Assembly: GCA_046331095.1 (NCBI GenBank)
Contig: JAXLRM010000004.1
Span: forward strand, 132,316-196,315
Length of the DNA stretch: 64,000 bases
DNA from: Acidimicrobiia bacterium
Lineage (GTDB): Bacteria > Actinomycetota > Acidimicrobiia > UBA2766
Direction: 5' to 3'
A program made the translations under genes and the position numbers. Below are positions 1 to 10,968 of this stretch, piece by piece (position 1 is the stretch's first letter; each line of letters opens with the position of its first letter). The notes under the pieces were generated by a model. It made no database searches, had not been told where the DNA came from, and worked only from the letters and a program-made list of their open reading frames with translations.

Positions 1-345
1 CCCGAGACGACGACCGACGCGTCGCTCGCACCCTTCGAGGAAGCCCACGACCTCTTCGGTGACGGCACGTTGCTGCTCGTCCCGACCCCGGGCCACACGC
101 CCGGATCGATGACTCTCGTCGTCCGCCGGCCCGGACTGGCCCCGCTGGCCCTCGTCGGTGATCTCACATTCTCCGCAGGACTGCTCGCCTGCGGCCACGT
201 CCCCGGAGCCGGCACGCGCCGGCAGCTACGCGAGACCACGGCCAAGCTCAACCAACTGGGCGCCAACCTGGGAGGTATGGTCGTCCTCGCCTCCCACGAC
301 CCCGACGCCGCGGCTGCACTCGACAAGGCACTCGCCCGCCAGTAG
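1..345 (+). CDS. MBL-fold metallo-hydrolase, C-terminal part (5' end outside window)
   Basis: Frame 1 is open from nt 1 to TAG 343-345. LLLVPTPGHTPGSM ... LASHDP resembles the C-terminal His/Asp metal-ligand region of metallo-beta-lactamase-fold hydrolases. Confidence 0.65.
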   Translation, partial: PETTTDASLAPFEEAHDLFGDGTLLLVPTPGHTPGSMTLVVRRPGLAPLALVGDLTFSAGLLACGHVPGAGTRRQLRETTAKLNQLGANLGGMVVLASHDPDAAAALDKALARQ

Positions 346-381
346 CCGGTCGGCGGCGGGGTCCGACCGGAACGGCCGACC

Positions 382-843
382 ATGCGCCTCGCCGAGCAAG
401 CCCGATTCCTCGTCCTCGCCGCCCAGACCGAGGGGAGACGCCAGCTCAGCCAGCAGCTCCGCCCACTCGGCCTCACCCCGTCACAGGCCGAGGTGCTCCG
501 GCTGATCCAGGACCACGGCCCCACGACGCTCCGGGAGATTGGCCGGCTCCTCGTCTGCGAGAGCGGCACGAGCCCGAGCCGACTGGTGGCCCGTGTGGTG
601 AGCCAGGGTCTCGTCGACCGCCGGCCGAGCAAGACCGATCGCCGCGAGATCCAGCTCACGCTCACCGACGCAGGTCTCCGGGTTTGCGCCGAGATCGCGA
701 CCATCGAGGAGACGATGTACGCCGCGATCGACTCGATCGCGCAGGGTGACATGGAGCCCGCGGTCGCCTTCCTGCGCCGTTTCGTCGAGGGTTCCCCGTC
801 CGGGGAGGCGTTCGAGCGGCGCCTGGCCACGGGACCCGAGTGA
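382..843 (+). CDS. MarR family transcriptional regulator
   Basis: 153 aa. LTPSQAEVLRLIQDHGPTTLREIGRLL...LVDRRPSKTDRREIQLTLTDAGL is a typical MarR winged-helix pattern. Confidence 0.85.
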   Translation: MRLAEQARFLVLAAQTEGRRQLSQQLRPLGLTPSQAEVLRLIQDHGPTTLREIGRLLVCESGTSPSRLVARVVSQGLVDRRPSKTDRREIQLTLTDAGLRVCAEIATIEETMYAAIDSIAQGDMEPAVAFLRRFVEGSPSGEAFERRLATGPE

Positions 844-854
844 CCCCGACGGGT

Positions 855-967
855 CAATCGCGGGCGATTTGGCCCGCTGGCGGCTCGTCCTGCCCGCGTT
901 TGGGGAGGAGCCCCCCCTCAAACGCGGGTGATTTGGCCCGCTGGCGGCACGTCCTGCCCACGTTTGG
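855..967 (+). repeat. Array A of the 49-nt palindromic repeat (2 copies: 855-903, 919-967)
   Basis: Unit is CAAACGCGGG-N28-CCCGCGTTTGG with 10-nt perfect terminal inverted repeats and 64-bp periodicity. It lies between the convergent MarR gene and the GUS pseudogene. Confidence 0.85.
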
Positions 968-1022
968 GGAGGATCAGGCCGAGCACGGGCCGGCCGGCGG
1001 ATCCGCCGAGGCCTCCCTCGGC

Positions 1023-3144
<2,122 letters not shown>

Positions 3145-3148
<4 letters not shown>

Positions 3149-3687
3149 CCGCAGCGTCGCTCGCCGACAAGCTTCTCGCCATCCATCACGCGTTCGCGGC
3201 GGGCGCGATCCCGCACGCCTTCGGGGGCGCGCTCGCGCTCGCCTATCTGACCGAGGAGCCGCGGGCGACCAAGGACATCGACGTCAACGTGTTCCGCCCC
3301 GCCACAGACGTCGACAGGGTCTTCGCCGCTCTTCCCCCCGACGTGGACCGTGATGCGGAGGCCGCCGCGCGCGTGCGCAGCGACGCGCAGGTGCGGCTCT
3401 GGTGGGGACACACCCCCGTCGACCTCTTCTTCGACGTCGACGAGATCCACCGCGACGCCGCCGCGCACGTGCGGGAAGTCCCCTTCGCCGGAGCCACCAT
3501 CCCCGTGCTCGACGGCAACGAGCTCGCGGTCTTCAAGATGATGTACTCGCGGCCGAAGGACTGGCTCGACATCGCCGAGATGATCAGGGCCGCCACGGTC
3601 GACCCCGACCTCGTGGCGACGGCGTTCGCACGGATCATGGGCCCCGAGCACGAGGCCATCGAGCGCCTCCGGGCCATGATTACGTGA
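3145..3687 (+). CDS. Minimal nucleotidyltransferase-fold protein (AbiEii/MNT-like)
   Basis: 180 aa. FGGALALAYLTEEPRATKDIDVNV fits the Pol-beta NTase signature G[GS]-x(9-13)-D-x-D. It has a 4-nt overlap with the upstream HTH gene. Confidence 0.5.
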
Positions 3688-3695
3688 CGGGGTCA

Positions 3696-4150
3696 GGGCC
3701 CTGACGCTCCGGGGGCCGACCGGCGAGCTGTTCGACGAGCGGCGCCGTCCACGTCGCCGGCGAGGGATGCGGCATGTCGCAGCGGCTGGCTGTCGCCGGG
3801 CCAAACGACGGGGGTCAAGCCGACCGGATCACGGTTGCCGCCGTACTCGGCGCCGCGTACATCCCCTCGACGGTGTGCCCCCGTACGAGGTCGAGGAACG
3901 GGGCCAGCCACGCCGGCGGGAACCGTGAGCACGACATCCTGGAACCAGCGAGGCAGCTCGTGAAGCCTGCGTCCGCCGCTGGACCGGGCGGGCGCGTCGA
4001 GATCGGCGAGTCCGATCGGTACAGCTCCTGGAGCTCGACGACGGGGCCGTTCCACTCCCGCTCGGACAGACCGCGAGATCCTTCGATGCGGGTACGCCTG
4101 CGAGGATGGGCGGCGCCCCAGGTGCCGCGAACGCGCCGAGGAACAGGTCG
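3696..4150 (-). pseudogene. Remnant of a gluconate 2-dehydrogenase subunit 3-family gene (frameshifted)
   Basis: PFLDLVRGHTVEGMYAAP is in the frame of ORF 3815..5032. It is followed by EYGGNRDPVGLTPVVWPG in the frame of ORF 3693..4343. As I remember the family, its C-terminal motif is ...HTVEGFFSDPxYGGNRDxxGW..GFPG. No single frame covers the region. Confidence 0.4.
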
Positions 4151-4158
4151 ATGAAGCA

Positions 4159-4334
4159 CAAACGCGGGTGATTTGGCCCGCTGGCGGCACATCCTGCCCG
4201 CGTTTGGCGAGAAGCCCACCCTCAAACGCGGGTGATTTGGCCCGCTGACGGCACATCCTGCCCGCGTTTGGGAGGCCACCCCGCACAAACGCGGGTGATT
4301 TGGCCCGCTGGCGGCACATCCTGCCCGCGTTTGG
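4159..4334 (+). repeat. Array B of the 49-nt palindromic repeat (3 copies: 4159-4207, 4223-4271, 4286-4334)
   Basis: Copies 1 and 3 are identical. Copy 2 differs by one base (G to A in CTGGCGG/CTGACGG). Spacing is 64 and 63 bp. Confidence 0.9.
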
Positions 4335-4374
4335 GGGGACCACCCCGGCCCCGGACCCCGGAGCGCATCTGGGC

Positions 4375-5022
4375 TCAGTTGAGCCCGGGCAGCAGGAACT
4401 CGCGGATGAACTCCGCGGTCTGGTCGGGGTCGCCGATGTCGAAGGTGACCGACGGGGTCGCGCTGAGCGAGAAGATCATGCGGGCGATCCACTCCGACGC
4501 CCTGGCCACGTCGAGGTCGGCGCGGACCTCGCCGCTGTCGCGGGCGGCCTCGATGAGGGGGACGATCGCCTCCATCGCCATCGCGAGCAGCGGCCGCGCG
4601 CCGGTGGAGACCGTGCGCGCGAGCGAGTCGGGGTCCTCCCTGGCCATCGCGGCGCTGATCGGGTCCTCGCGGATGAAACGGTTCGTCAGGCGCGCGACCT
4701 CTTCGATCTGTGCCGAGAGGCCTTCCATCGCGGCGGTGCGGGCCACGATCTCGTCGAGGAAGATGCGAGTGCGGGCTGCCGCGACCCGGCCGAAGAGGGC
4801 GGCCTTGTCGGGGAAGTGGCGGTAGACGCTGCGCCGCGACATGCCGGCCTCGCGGGCGATGTCCTCCATCGAGGTCTTGTTGAGCCCGTAGCGGGCGAAG
4901 CACTCCTCGGCCGCGTCGAGGATGCGGGCGGGTGTGTCCGCTTGAGGGTCCGGTGGCGTCTCCGGTGGCGTTTCCGGTGGCGGCCCGGTCGCCGCCGCGC
5001 GTGTCGGCATCGGCTCCAGCAT
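4375..5022 (-). CDS. TetR/AcrR family transcriptional regulator
   Basis: ARILDAAEECFARYGLNKTSMEDIAREAGMSRRSVYRHFPDKAALF is a TetR N-terminal HTH. It is divergent from the oxidoreductase operon. The start is uncertain: ATG 5022 or 5010, or GTG 5052. Confidence 0.85.
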   Translation of the reverse strand: MLEPMPTRAAATGPPPETPPETPPDPQADTPARILDAAEECFARYGLNKTSMEDIAREAGMSRRSVYRHFPDKAALFGRVAAARTRIFLDEIVARTAAMEGLSAQIEEVARLTNRFIREDPISAAMAREDPDSLARTVSTGARPLLAMAMEAIVPLIEAARDSGEVRADLDVARASEWIARMIFSLSATPSVTFDIGDPDQTAEFIREFLLPGLN

Positions 5023-5115
5023 AGGCGCGCACAACACATTGTCACAGCGCACGTTTTTCGATAAGGTGTGTCATCCGTTGCCCGGGGGCAGGTCTCAGAG
5101 AGTCGAGGACCATCC

Positions 5116-6717
5116 GTGAAGACGACCTACGACGCGATCATCATCGGCGCCGGCCACAACGGGCTCTGCCTGGCCGCCTACCTGGCGCGAGCCGGCCTCG
5201 ACACCGCGATCATCGAGCGCCGCCACGAGGAGGGCGGCGGCGCCAACACCGAGGACCCCGTCGTCCCCGGGTTCCGCTTCAACCTCCATGCCAACTACAT
5301 GGAGTTCTTCGACATCATGCCGATGATCGCGGACTTCGACCTCGAGAACGCCGGGCTGCGCTCGATCACGCCCGAGAACCAGGCGGGCATCGCGTTCTCC
5401 GACGGCCGCCCCCCGATCGTGCTGCACCGCAAGGACCTCCTCGACAAGACCCACAAGAGCATCTCCCAGTACTCCAAGGCCGACGCCGACACCTACGTCG
5501 AGATCCAGAAGCGCACCAAGGACTTCGGCCCGCTGCTCGGCTTCGGCATGTACTCGCTGCCGTTCCAGGGTATGGACGAGGCCACGGCCGCGCTCATCGA
5601 GGCGTGGTACGGCGACTGGGGCATCACCGCGGCGGACGTCGCGAAGACGCCCAAGGTGCTCATCGACGAACTCTTCGAGTCCCCCGAGATGCGCACGCTC
5701 ATGTACCGCGTCAGCGTCGAGTTCGGTGTCGGCATCGACACCGGCGGCTCCGCCGGGATGATCCTGACCGCCCTGCCGTGGATGATCGGCTGCTGGCGCA
5801 TCGCCAAGGGCGGCACGCACTCCCTCGCCAAGGCGATGAGCCAGGCGTGCTACGCCAACGGCGTCGACCTCATCGAGAACACCGAGGTCGACAAGATCAT
5901 CGTCGAGGACGGCCGTGCGGTCGGTGTCGTCGCCCGCGGCACCGAGTTCCGGGCGTCCAAGTGCGTCGCGACCAACGCCGACCCGAAACAGACCCTGATC
6001 GACCACGTCGGCGCGGAGCACCTCCCCGACAACTGGGTGCGGCGCGCGAAGAACTTCCGCTTCGGCCCCAGCCACGTGCTCGCAACGCCGATGTTCTGCC
6101 TCTACGACGCGCCGGACTACAAGTCCGCGCGGTGGGACCCCGACATCAACGAGACCCACTACACCGTCGTCGGCTACGACACACCCGAGGAGGCGATCCG
6201 CTACATCCGCGACGCCTACTCGGGCACACTGCCCGCGCCCGCGGCAGGCACCTGGGTCAACAGCCTCTGGGACCCGTCCCAGGCTCCGCCCGGACGGCAC
6301 TCGGCGACCGGTTGGTACTTCTTCCCGTGCGCGAGCGAGCTGAGCGCGGAGGAGTGGGCCGAGGTGCGTGCGACCTACAACGACGCCTTCCTGGCACGCT
6401 GGGAGGAGTTCGCGCCGAACATGAACCGCGACAACGTCATCGCCGACAAGCTCTACACGCCCGACCAGATGGAGCGGAAGAACTACATGTGGGAGGGCGA
6501 CTTCTCCAACGGCGAGATGTCCGCCGACCAGATGGGCCTGAACCGGCCGTTCCCCGAGGCGTCGAACTACCGCCTCCACCTCGAGAGCCTCTACCTGTGC
6601 GGACCGTCCGCCTGGCCCGGCGGCGGCATGCACGCGGCAGCCGGATACAACGCCTACAAGGTGATCGCCGAGGACCTGGGCCTACCGAGCCCCGTGACAG
6701 AAGAGAGGGGTTACTGA
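5116..6717 (+). CDS. NAD(P)/FAD-dependent oxidoreductase, phytoene-desaturase (CrtI)-related family, copy 1
   Basis: YDAIIIGAGHNGLCLAAYLARAGLDTAIIERRHEEGGG is a Rossmann dinucleotide motif. GTG 5116 is preceded by GAGGAC and gives 533 aa, the same length as copy 2. The track ORF starts at 5068. Confidence 0.85.
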   Translation: MKTTYDAIIIGAGHNGLCLAAYLARAGLDTAIIERRHEEGGGANTEDPVVPGFRFNLHANYMEFFDIMPMIADFDLENAGLRSITPENQAGIAFSDGRPPIVLHRKDLLDKTHKSISQYSKADADTYVEIQKRTKDFGPLLGFGMYSLPFQGMDEATAALIEAWYGDWGITAADVAKTPKVLIDELFESPEMRTLMYRVSVEFGVGIDTGGSAGMILTALPWMIGCWRIAKGGTHSLAKAMSQACYANGVDLIENTEVDKIIVEDGRAVGVVARGTEFRASKCVATNADPKQTLIDHVGAEHLPDNWVRRAKNFRFGPSHVLATPMFCLYDAPDYKSARWDPDINETHYTVVGYDTPEEAIRYIRDAYSGTLPAPAAGTWVNSLWDPSQAPPGRHSATGWYFFPCASELSAEEWAEVRATYNDAFLARWEEFAPNMNRDNVIADKLYTPDQMERKNYMWEGDFSNGEMSADQMGLNRPFPEASNYRLHLESLYLCGPSAWPGGGMHAAAGYNAYKVIAEDLGLPSPVTEERGY

Positions 6718-7172
6718 TGCCCGACGTGTACACGACCGACTGGTACGAGGCCGTCAAGGTCGCCATCAACGCGGCGGTCGCCACGATTCCCGAGGCGCCG
6801 ACCGACTCGTTCACGATCCAGGTCGAGATCGTCGGCGACGGCGCCTCGCCCTACGTCGCGAGCGGCGACATGCTGCGCTTCCTGATCCGCCTCGAGAACG
6901 GCCAGTGCGCCTGGTACCGCGAGATCGACGCCGACGACCCGTCGGTCAAGCTCGACTACCGCTTCACCGGCCCGGCGACGATCTTCGACGCGATCGCAGC
7001 CGCCGAGCAGGACCCGATCGACGCGGCGCTGTCGGGCGCGATCAAGGTCCGCGGCGACATGCGCTTCCTCATGCGCCAGGCCGAGATGGTCCAGGTCCTG
7101 TTGGACGCGTACTCCAACGGCGTCGACACGCTCTGGCCCCAGGGCCGGCCGCCTTACGAGGCGGTGGGTTGA
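6717..7172 (+). CDS. SCP2 sterol/lipid-binding domain protein, copy 1
   Basis: 151 aa from the tail of track ORF 5604..7172. ...DPIDAALSGAIKVRGDMRFLMRQAEMV is a typical SCP2 C-terminal pattern. The start overlaps the upstream stop (TGATG). Confidence 0.7.
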   Translation: MPDVYTTDWYEAVKVAINAAVATIPEAPTDSFTIQVEIVGDGASPYVASGDMLRFLIRLENGQCAWYREIDADDPSVKLDYRFTGPATIFDAIAAAEQDPIDAALSGAIKVRGDMRFLMRQAEMVQVLLDAYSNGVDTLWPQGRPPYEAVG

Positions 7173-7173
7173 G

Positions 7174-8775
7174 ATGGCGTTGAAGGACACCTACGACGCG
7201 ATCATCATCGGGGCCGGCCACAACGGCCTGACCCTGGGCGCGTACCTCGCGCGCAGCGGCCTCGACGTGATCGTGCTCGAGGCACGCCACGAGGAAGGCG
7301 GCGGGCTCTGCAGCGAGGAGGTCACCCGCGCCGGGTTCGTGCACAACATGCACGCCAACTACCACACGTTCGTGGACATGGCCCCGCCGGTGGCCGACCT
7401 CGACGTGCGTGGCCACGGCGTCGAGTACGTGCGCCCCGAGGTCCAGATGGCGTCGATCTTCGACGACGCCAAGGCCATCACGATCCACACCGACACGGAC
7501 AAGACCGTCGAGTCGATGGCGCGCTTCAACGAGGAGGACGCAGAGACGTTCCGGCGCCTCTACGACGAGGCTCACGGCTTCGTCGACCTGCTCCTGGGCA
7601 CGTTGATGTACCAGCCGCCCCTGAGCGTCAAGGAGCTCACCAAGGCGCTCGCGACCTTCGGCGTCGAGGACCGCTCGGAGTTCCTCTCGGTGAAGCTGCG
7701 CCGCCAGACCATCAACCAGTTCCTCGACCGCCACTTCACCGACGACCGCATCAAGGCCCACCTCGCCTTCCACGGTGCGGTGTGCGCGTACACCAACGAC
7801 GTGTCCGGCCTCGCGATCGGCTACCCGCTCCTCGTCGGCAAGATCAACAACTGGCACCTCTGCCTGGGCGGCTCGCACCGCCTCGCGCACGCCCTGTGGC
7901 GCGACCTCGCCCAGAACGGCGGCGTGATGTGGTCCGACGCCGAGGTGACGAACGTGATCGTCGACGGCGGTCGTGCCGTCGGCGTGCGTCTCGCCGACGG
8001 GATCGAGCTGCACGCCCGCAAGGTCGTCGCGTCGACGGTCTCGGTCGAGCAGACGTTCCTCGAGTTCGTCGAGCCCTCCGCGATCCCCGAGGAGTTCGCG
8101 CACGACGTCAAGACCAAGGTCGCGCACAAGGACTGGTCGCTGTTCTCGGTGCATCTCGCGATGAGCCAGTTCCCCGAGTACACCGCGGCGGAGTTCGACC
8201 CCGACGTGAACCGGGCGTGGGTGGTCAACCTCGGCATCGACTCGCCCGCGCGGCTCAACGCCGACTGGGCCGAGATCCGCAAGGGCCGCCTCGTCGACCC
8301 CCAGCCGAACGCGGCGGTGAACTCCCTCTACGACCCCACCGACGCGCCGCCCGGGTACGCGACGGGCCTGCTGCGCCAGTTCGCCCCGTTCGCGCTCGCC
8401 GACGGCGGCGAAGGCGCCTGGGACGACATGGGCCGCTGGTACGGCCAGAAGTGCATCGACGCGTGGCGCCGCTACGCACCGAACCTCACCGACGACGCCA
8501 TCGTCGAGTGGTCGGTGTTCACGCCCCACGACATCGCACGTAAGCTGCCCAACATGGTGCGCGGCGACTGGATGATGGGCGAGATCAGCCTGGCCAACAT
8601 GTTGGACCAGCGGCCCCTGCCCGAGCTCGGCCAGTACCGCACGCCGATCGAGGGCCTCTACATGGCGGGCAGCACCCAGCATCCGCACGGCTTCATCACC
8701 TTCGGGCCCGGCTACAACGCCCTGCAGGTCATCGCCGACGACCTCGGCATGGACAAGTGGTGGCAGCAGATCTGA
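7174..8775 (+). CDS. NAD(P)/FAD-dependent oxidoreductase, CrtI-related family, copy 2
   Basis: 533 aa. YDAIIIGAGHNGLTLGAYLARSGLDVIVLEARHEEGGG. It is colinear with copy 1 at moderate identity. The start is 1 nt after the SCP2-1 stop. Confidence 0.85.
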   Translation: MALKDTYDAIIIGAGHNGLTLGAYLARSGLDVIVLEARHEEGGGLCSEEVTRAGFVHNMHANYHTFVDMAPPVADLDVRGHGVEYVRPEVQMASIFDDAKAITIHTDTDKTVESMARFNEEDAETFRRLYDEAHGFVDLLLGTLMYQPPLSVKELTKALATFGVEDRSEFLSVKLRRQTINQFLDRHFTDDRIKAHLAFHGAVCAYTNDVSGLAIGYPLLVGKINNWHLCLGGSHRLAHALWRDLAQNGGVMWSDAEVTNVIVDGGRAVGVRLADGIELHARKVVASTVSVEQTFLEFVEPSAIPEEFAHDVKTKVAHKDWSLFSVHLAMSQFPEYTAAEFDPDVNRAWVVNLGIDSPARLNADWAEIRKGRLVDPQPNAAVNSLYDPTDAPPGYATGLLRQFAPFALADGGEGAWDDMGRWYGQKCIDAWRRYAPNLTDDAIVEWSVFTPHDIARKLPNMVRGDWMMGEISLANMLDQRPLPELGQYRTPIEGLYMAGSTQHPHGFITFGPGYNALQVIADDLGMDKWWQQI

Positions 8776-9281
8776 TGAAGACACTCAACGTCACCTACGC
8801 CGACGGCGAGGACGCCTCGGGGATGGCCACCATGTTGGGTGGCCTGCTCGAGGACAACGTGCGCGACTACAAGGGCCGCGCCGGGGTCTCGCGCTTCGCG
8901 CGCGGCGACGTCGTGCTCACCGCTGCCGACCGTGACATCTCGGTCACGCTTTCGTTCCGCGGCGACGAGGTCGTCGTCGCGAACGGCGCCTCCGAAGGCG
9001 CCGCGGTGCTCGCCGGGCCGTGGCTCGAGATGGCGAAGCTGTGCAGCGGCCAGGTCAACCCGTTCAAGGCGATGGCTCGCCGCGAGCTCAAGATCGAACC
9101 GCACGGCCGTCTCGACACGGTCGCGGCCGCGGGCTTCGTGCTCTCGGTGCCGCCGTCGTTCTACGGCGACGAGGAGGCGATCCGCCGGCGCCGCATCCAG
9201 GTCGGCGTCGCGGTCGCGGCGACCATCGGGGTCGCGGTCACGATCGCGTACGTGCGCCGCCGTCGCCGGCGAGCGGCCTGA
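8775..9281 (+). CDS. SCP2 domain protein, copy 2, with C-terminal membrane anchor
   Basis: It has the same TGATG junction as copy 1. ...GQVNPFKAMARRELKIEPHGRL is an SCP2-like motif. The C-terminus is IQVGVAVAATIGVAVTIAYVRRRRRRAA, a hydrophobic helix followed by a poly-Arg stop-transfer. Confidence 0.65.
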   Translation: MKTLNVTYADGEDASGMATMLGGLLEDNVRDYKGRAGVSRFARGDVVLTAADRDISVTLSFRGDEVVVANGASEGAAVLAGPWLEMAKLCSGQVNPFKAMARRELKIEPHGRLDTVAAAGFVLSVPPSFYGDEEAIRRRRIQVGVAVAATIGVAVTIAYVRRRRRRAA

Positions 9282-9410
9282 GCGCCGGGACCCCTTCGGA
9301 GCACGCAGCTCCTGGTCCGACGTGATTCGTGGGCGCGGCGGAGGAACGGGCACGGCGGCGTCGAAACGAGAAGGTGCACCCACCCTCCAGCCCACGAGAG
9401 GTGACGAGCC

Positions 9411-10490
9411 TTGCACGAACCACGTGCTTACCTCGTAGGGATCGGTGGCGCCCTGCCTCCGTTCAGCTACACCAACGCCGAGCTCGCGCCGTACTACAAC
9501 ATCGACGAGGCCACCGCCGAACGCTACGCCCGCGCCACCGGCATCGAATCACGGCACTCGGTCGTCGATCTGCCGGGCGGACGCCGCCAGCGGGTCCTCT
9601 GCGAGACACTTGCCAGCGATGCGGCCAAGATCGCACTGGAGCGAGCTGAGGTCTCGCCCAACGACGTCGACATGGTCGTCACCGCTGCATCGCTGTTCGA
9701 CTACATCGTCCCGGCGCTCGGGTCACGCCTGCTGAAGCGCCTCGGCATCCGCGAGGCACTCACGTTCGACCTCTACGGAGGCTGCGCGCAGTTCATGCAC
9801 GGCGTTTCCCTCGCCACGAACTACATCAAGTCCGGCCTCGCGAGCACTGTGCTCGTGACGGCATCGGAGGCGCTCACGTCGTGGAACCGGGGCGTGCGCT
9901 ACCCCGTCGACGCCTTCATATTCGGCGACTCCGGCGCCGCCTGGGTGATCACGTCCCTCCCGCGGACCACCGACAAGCCGGTCTGGGAGATCCACGAGAC
10001 GACCGCCGGCACACTGTCCGAGCACCTGGGCGAGCCGACCGAGGTCGTCGTCCAGCCGATCACCGGCTGGAAGGAACCCTTCGACCTGTTCCTCGAGCCT
10101 GACGCGACCGTCGACGAGCGGATGGCAGGGCTGCACCCCGACGACCGCCACGAGTATCGCTGGATCCACAACACCGCCCTCGCGCGCCGCGTCGCCGGTT
10201 TCGGCCTCGTCGAGGGGTTCGAGCGCGTGACCAAGGCGACCGAGCCCAGTGGCGGTCTCGTCGTGCCCCACCAGGGCACCAAACCGGTTCTCGACGACGT
10301 CGCCGGGAGCCTGCCCGAGGGCTGGACCGTCCTCGAGAATCTCGCCAACCGCGGCAACCTCTCCACAGCCTGCGTGCCGATGGCGATGTACGACCACCCG
10401 GAGACTTGCCTGGAGCACGAGACGATCGTCGCGACGGCGGTGGGTGTCGGCTTCTCCTTCGCCGCCGCACGCCTCACGCGCGACATCTGA
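9411..10490 (+). CDS. 3-oxoacyl-ACP synthase III (FabH/KASIII)-like condensing enzyme
   Basis: 359 aa. The Cys-His-Asn triad contexts are GGCAQF, VPHQGTKPV and ANRGNLSTACVPMA. It has a TTG start with GAGAGG upstream. Confidence 0.8.
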   Translation: MHEPRAYLVGIGGALPPFSYTNAELAPYYNIDEATAERYARATGIESRHSVVDLPGGRRQRVLCETLASDAAKIALERAEVSPNDVDMVVTAASLFDYIVPALGSRLLKRLGIREALTFDLYGGCAQFMHGVSLATNYIKSGLASTVLVTASEALTSWNRGVRYPVDAFIFGDSGAAWVITSLPRTTDKPVWEIHETTAGTLSEHLGEPTEVVVQPITGWKEPFDLFLEPDATVDERMAGLHPDDRHEYRWIHNTALARRVAGFGLVEGFERVTKATEPSGGLVVPHQGTKPVLDDVAGSLPEGWTVLENLANRGNLSTACVPMAMYDHPETCLEHETIVATAVGVGFSFAAARLTRDI

Positions 10491-10501
10491 TCTCGACGGG
10501 C

Positions 10502-10517
10502 AGGACCCGCGGGTCCT
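10502..10517. terminator. 16-bp perfect palindrome between convergent genes (possible bidirectional terminator)
   Basis: AGGACCCGCGGGTCCT lies between the KASIII stop (10490) and the MaoC stop (10516-10518). There is no U-tract. Confidence 0.35.
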
Positions 10518-10968
10518 ACCGCGTTGCCTGCGCAAGCTGGAGCAGGCCCTCGGCAACGGTCTCACCGCGCTGGTCGAGCACCTTCATCGCCACCACGATC
10601 ACCCCGAGGCCTCCCTTGGCGGGCCGCTTCTCCACGATCTCGAAGCGCGCCCTGATGGTGTCGCCGATCATGACGGGTTGACGGAACCGGAGTCGCTCGA
10701 TGCCGTAGAAGGCTTCGAGCTGACCCGGCTGCATCGGGAGGAATCCCGACATGATCGACAGCGTCAGGAACCCGTGCGCGATGCGACCCCCGAACCGCGA
10801 AGCCGCCGCGTACTCGGCATCGGTGTGCAGTGGGTACCAGTCGCCACTGAGCATCGCGAAGTGCACGACGTCGGCCTCGGTGACCGTGCGCCCTTGGCTC
10901 TCCACCGTGCGCCCGACCTGGGACTCCTCGAAGCACGATCCGAACAGGGGTTCCGTGACTGGGTTCAC
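10516..10968 (-). CDS. MaoC-family (R)-specific enoyl-CoA hydratase/dehydratase
   Basis: 150 aa from the tail of track ORF 10516..11757. FAMLSGDWYPLHTDAEYAAASRFGGRIAHGFLTLS is a hot-dog hydratase motif. The GTG start overlaps the upstream stop (GTGA) and is preceded by GGAAGGAGG. Confidence 0.85.
   Translation of the reverse strand: MNPVTEPLFGSCFEESQVGRTVESQGRTVTEADVVHFAMLSGDWYPLHTDAEYAAASRFGGRIAHGFLTLSIMSGFLPMQPGQLEAFYGIERLRFRQPVMIGDTIRARFEIVEKRPAKGGLGVIVVAMKVLDQRGETVAEGLLQLAQATR

Noticed and set aside
4159-4334. Possible mini-CRISPR array (regularly spaced 49-nt repeats)
   Set aside because: The spacers are only 14-15 nt and are themselves semi-conserved. The repeats have long terminal inverted repeats, and the arrays have only 2-3 units. 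No cas genes or leader are present. A REP/MITE-like interpretation fits better.
3693-4343. ORFs translating through the repeat arrays, giving recurring peptides such as IWPAGGTSCPRLG (also 840..1922, 928..1197, 4232..4825, 40163..40504)
   Set aside because: The repeated peptide is simply the translation of the DNA repeat. These frames have no start or SD context and no coding-bias continuity outside the repeats.
5023-5115. Palindromic TetR operator in the divergent TetR/oxidoreductase intergenic region
   Set aside because: The region is locally AT-richer and certainly holds the divergent promoters. However, I could only find short or imperfect symmetry (ACAA-N4-TTGT, and GCGCAC direct repeats), which is not enough to call an operator.
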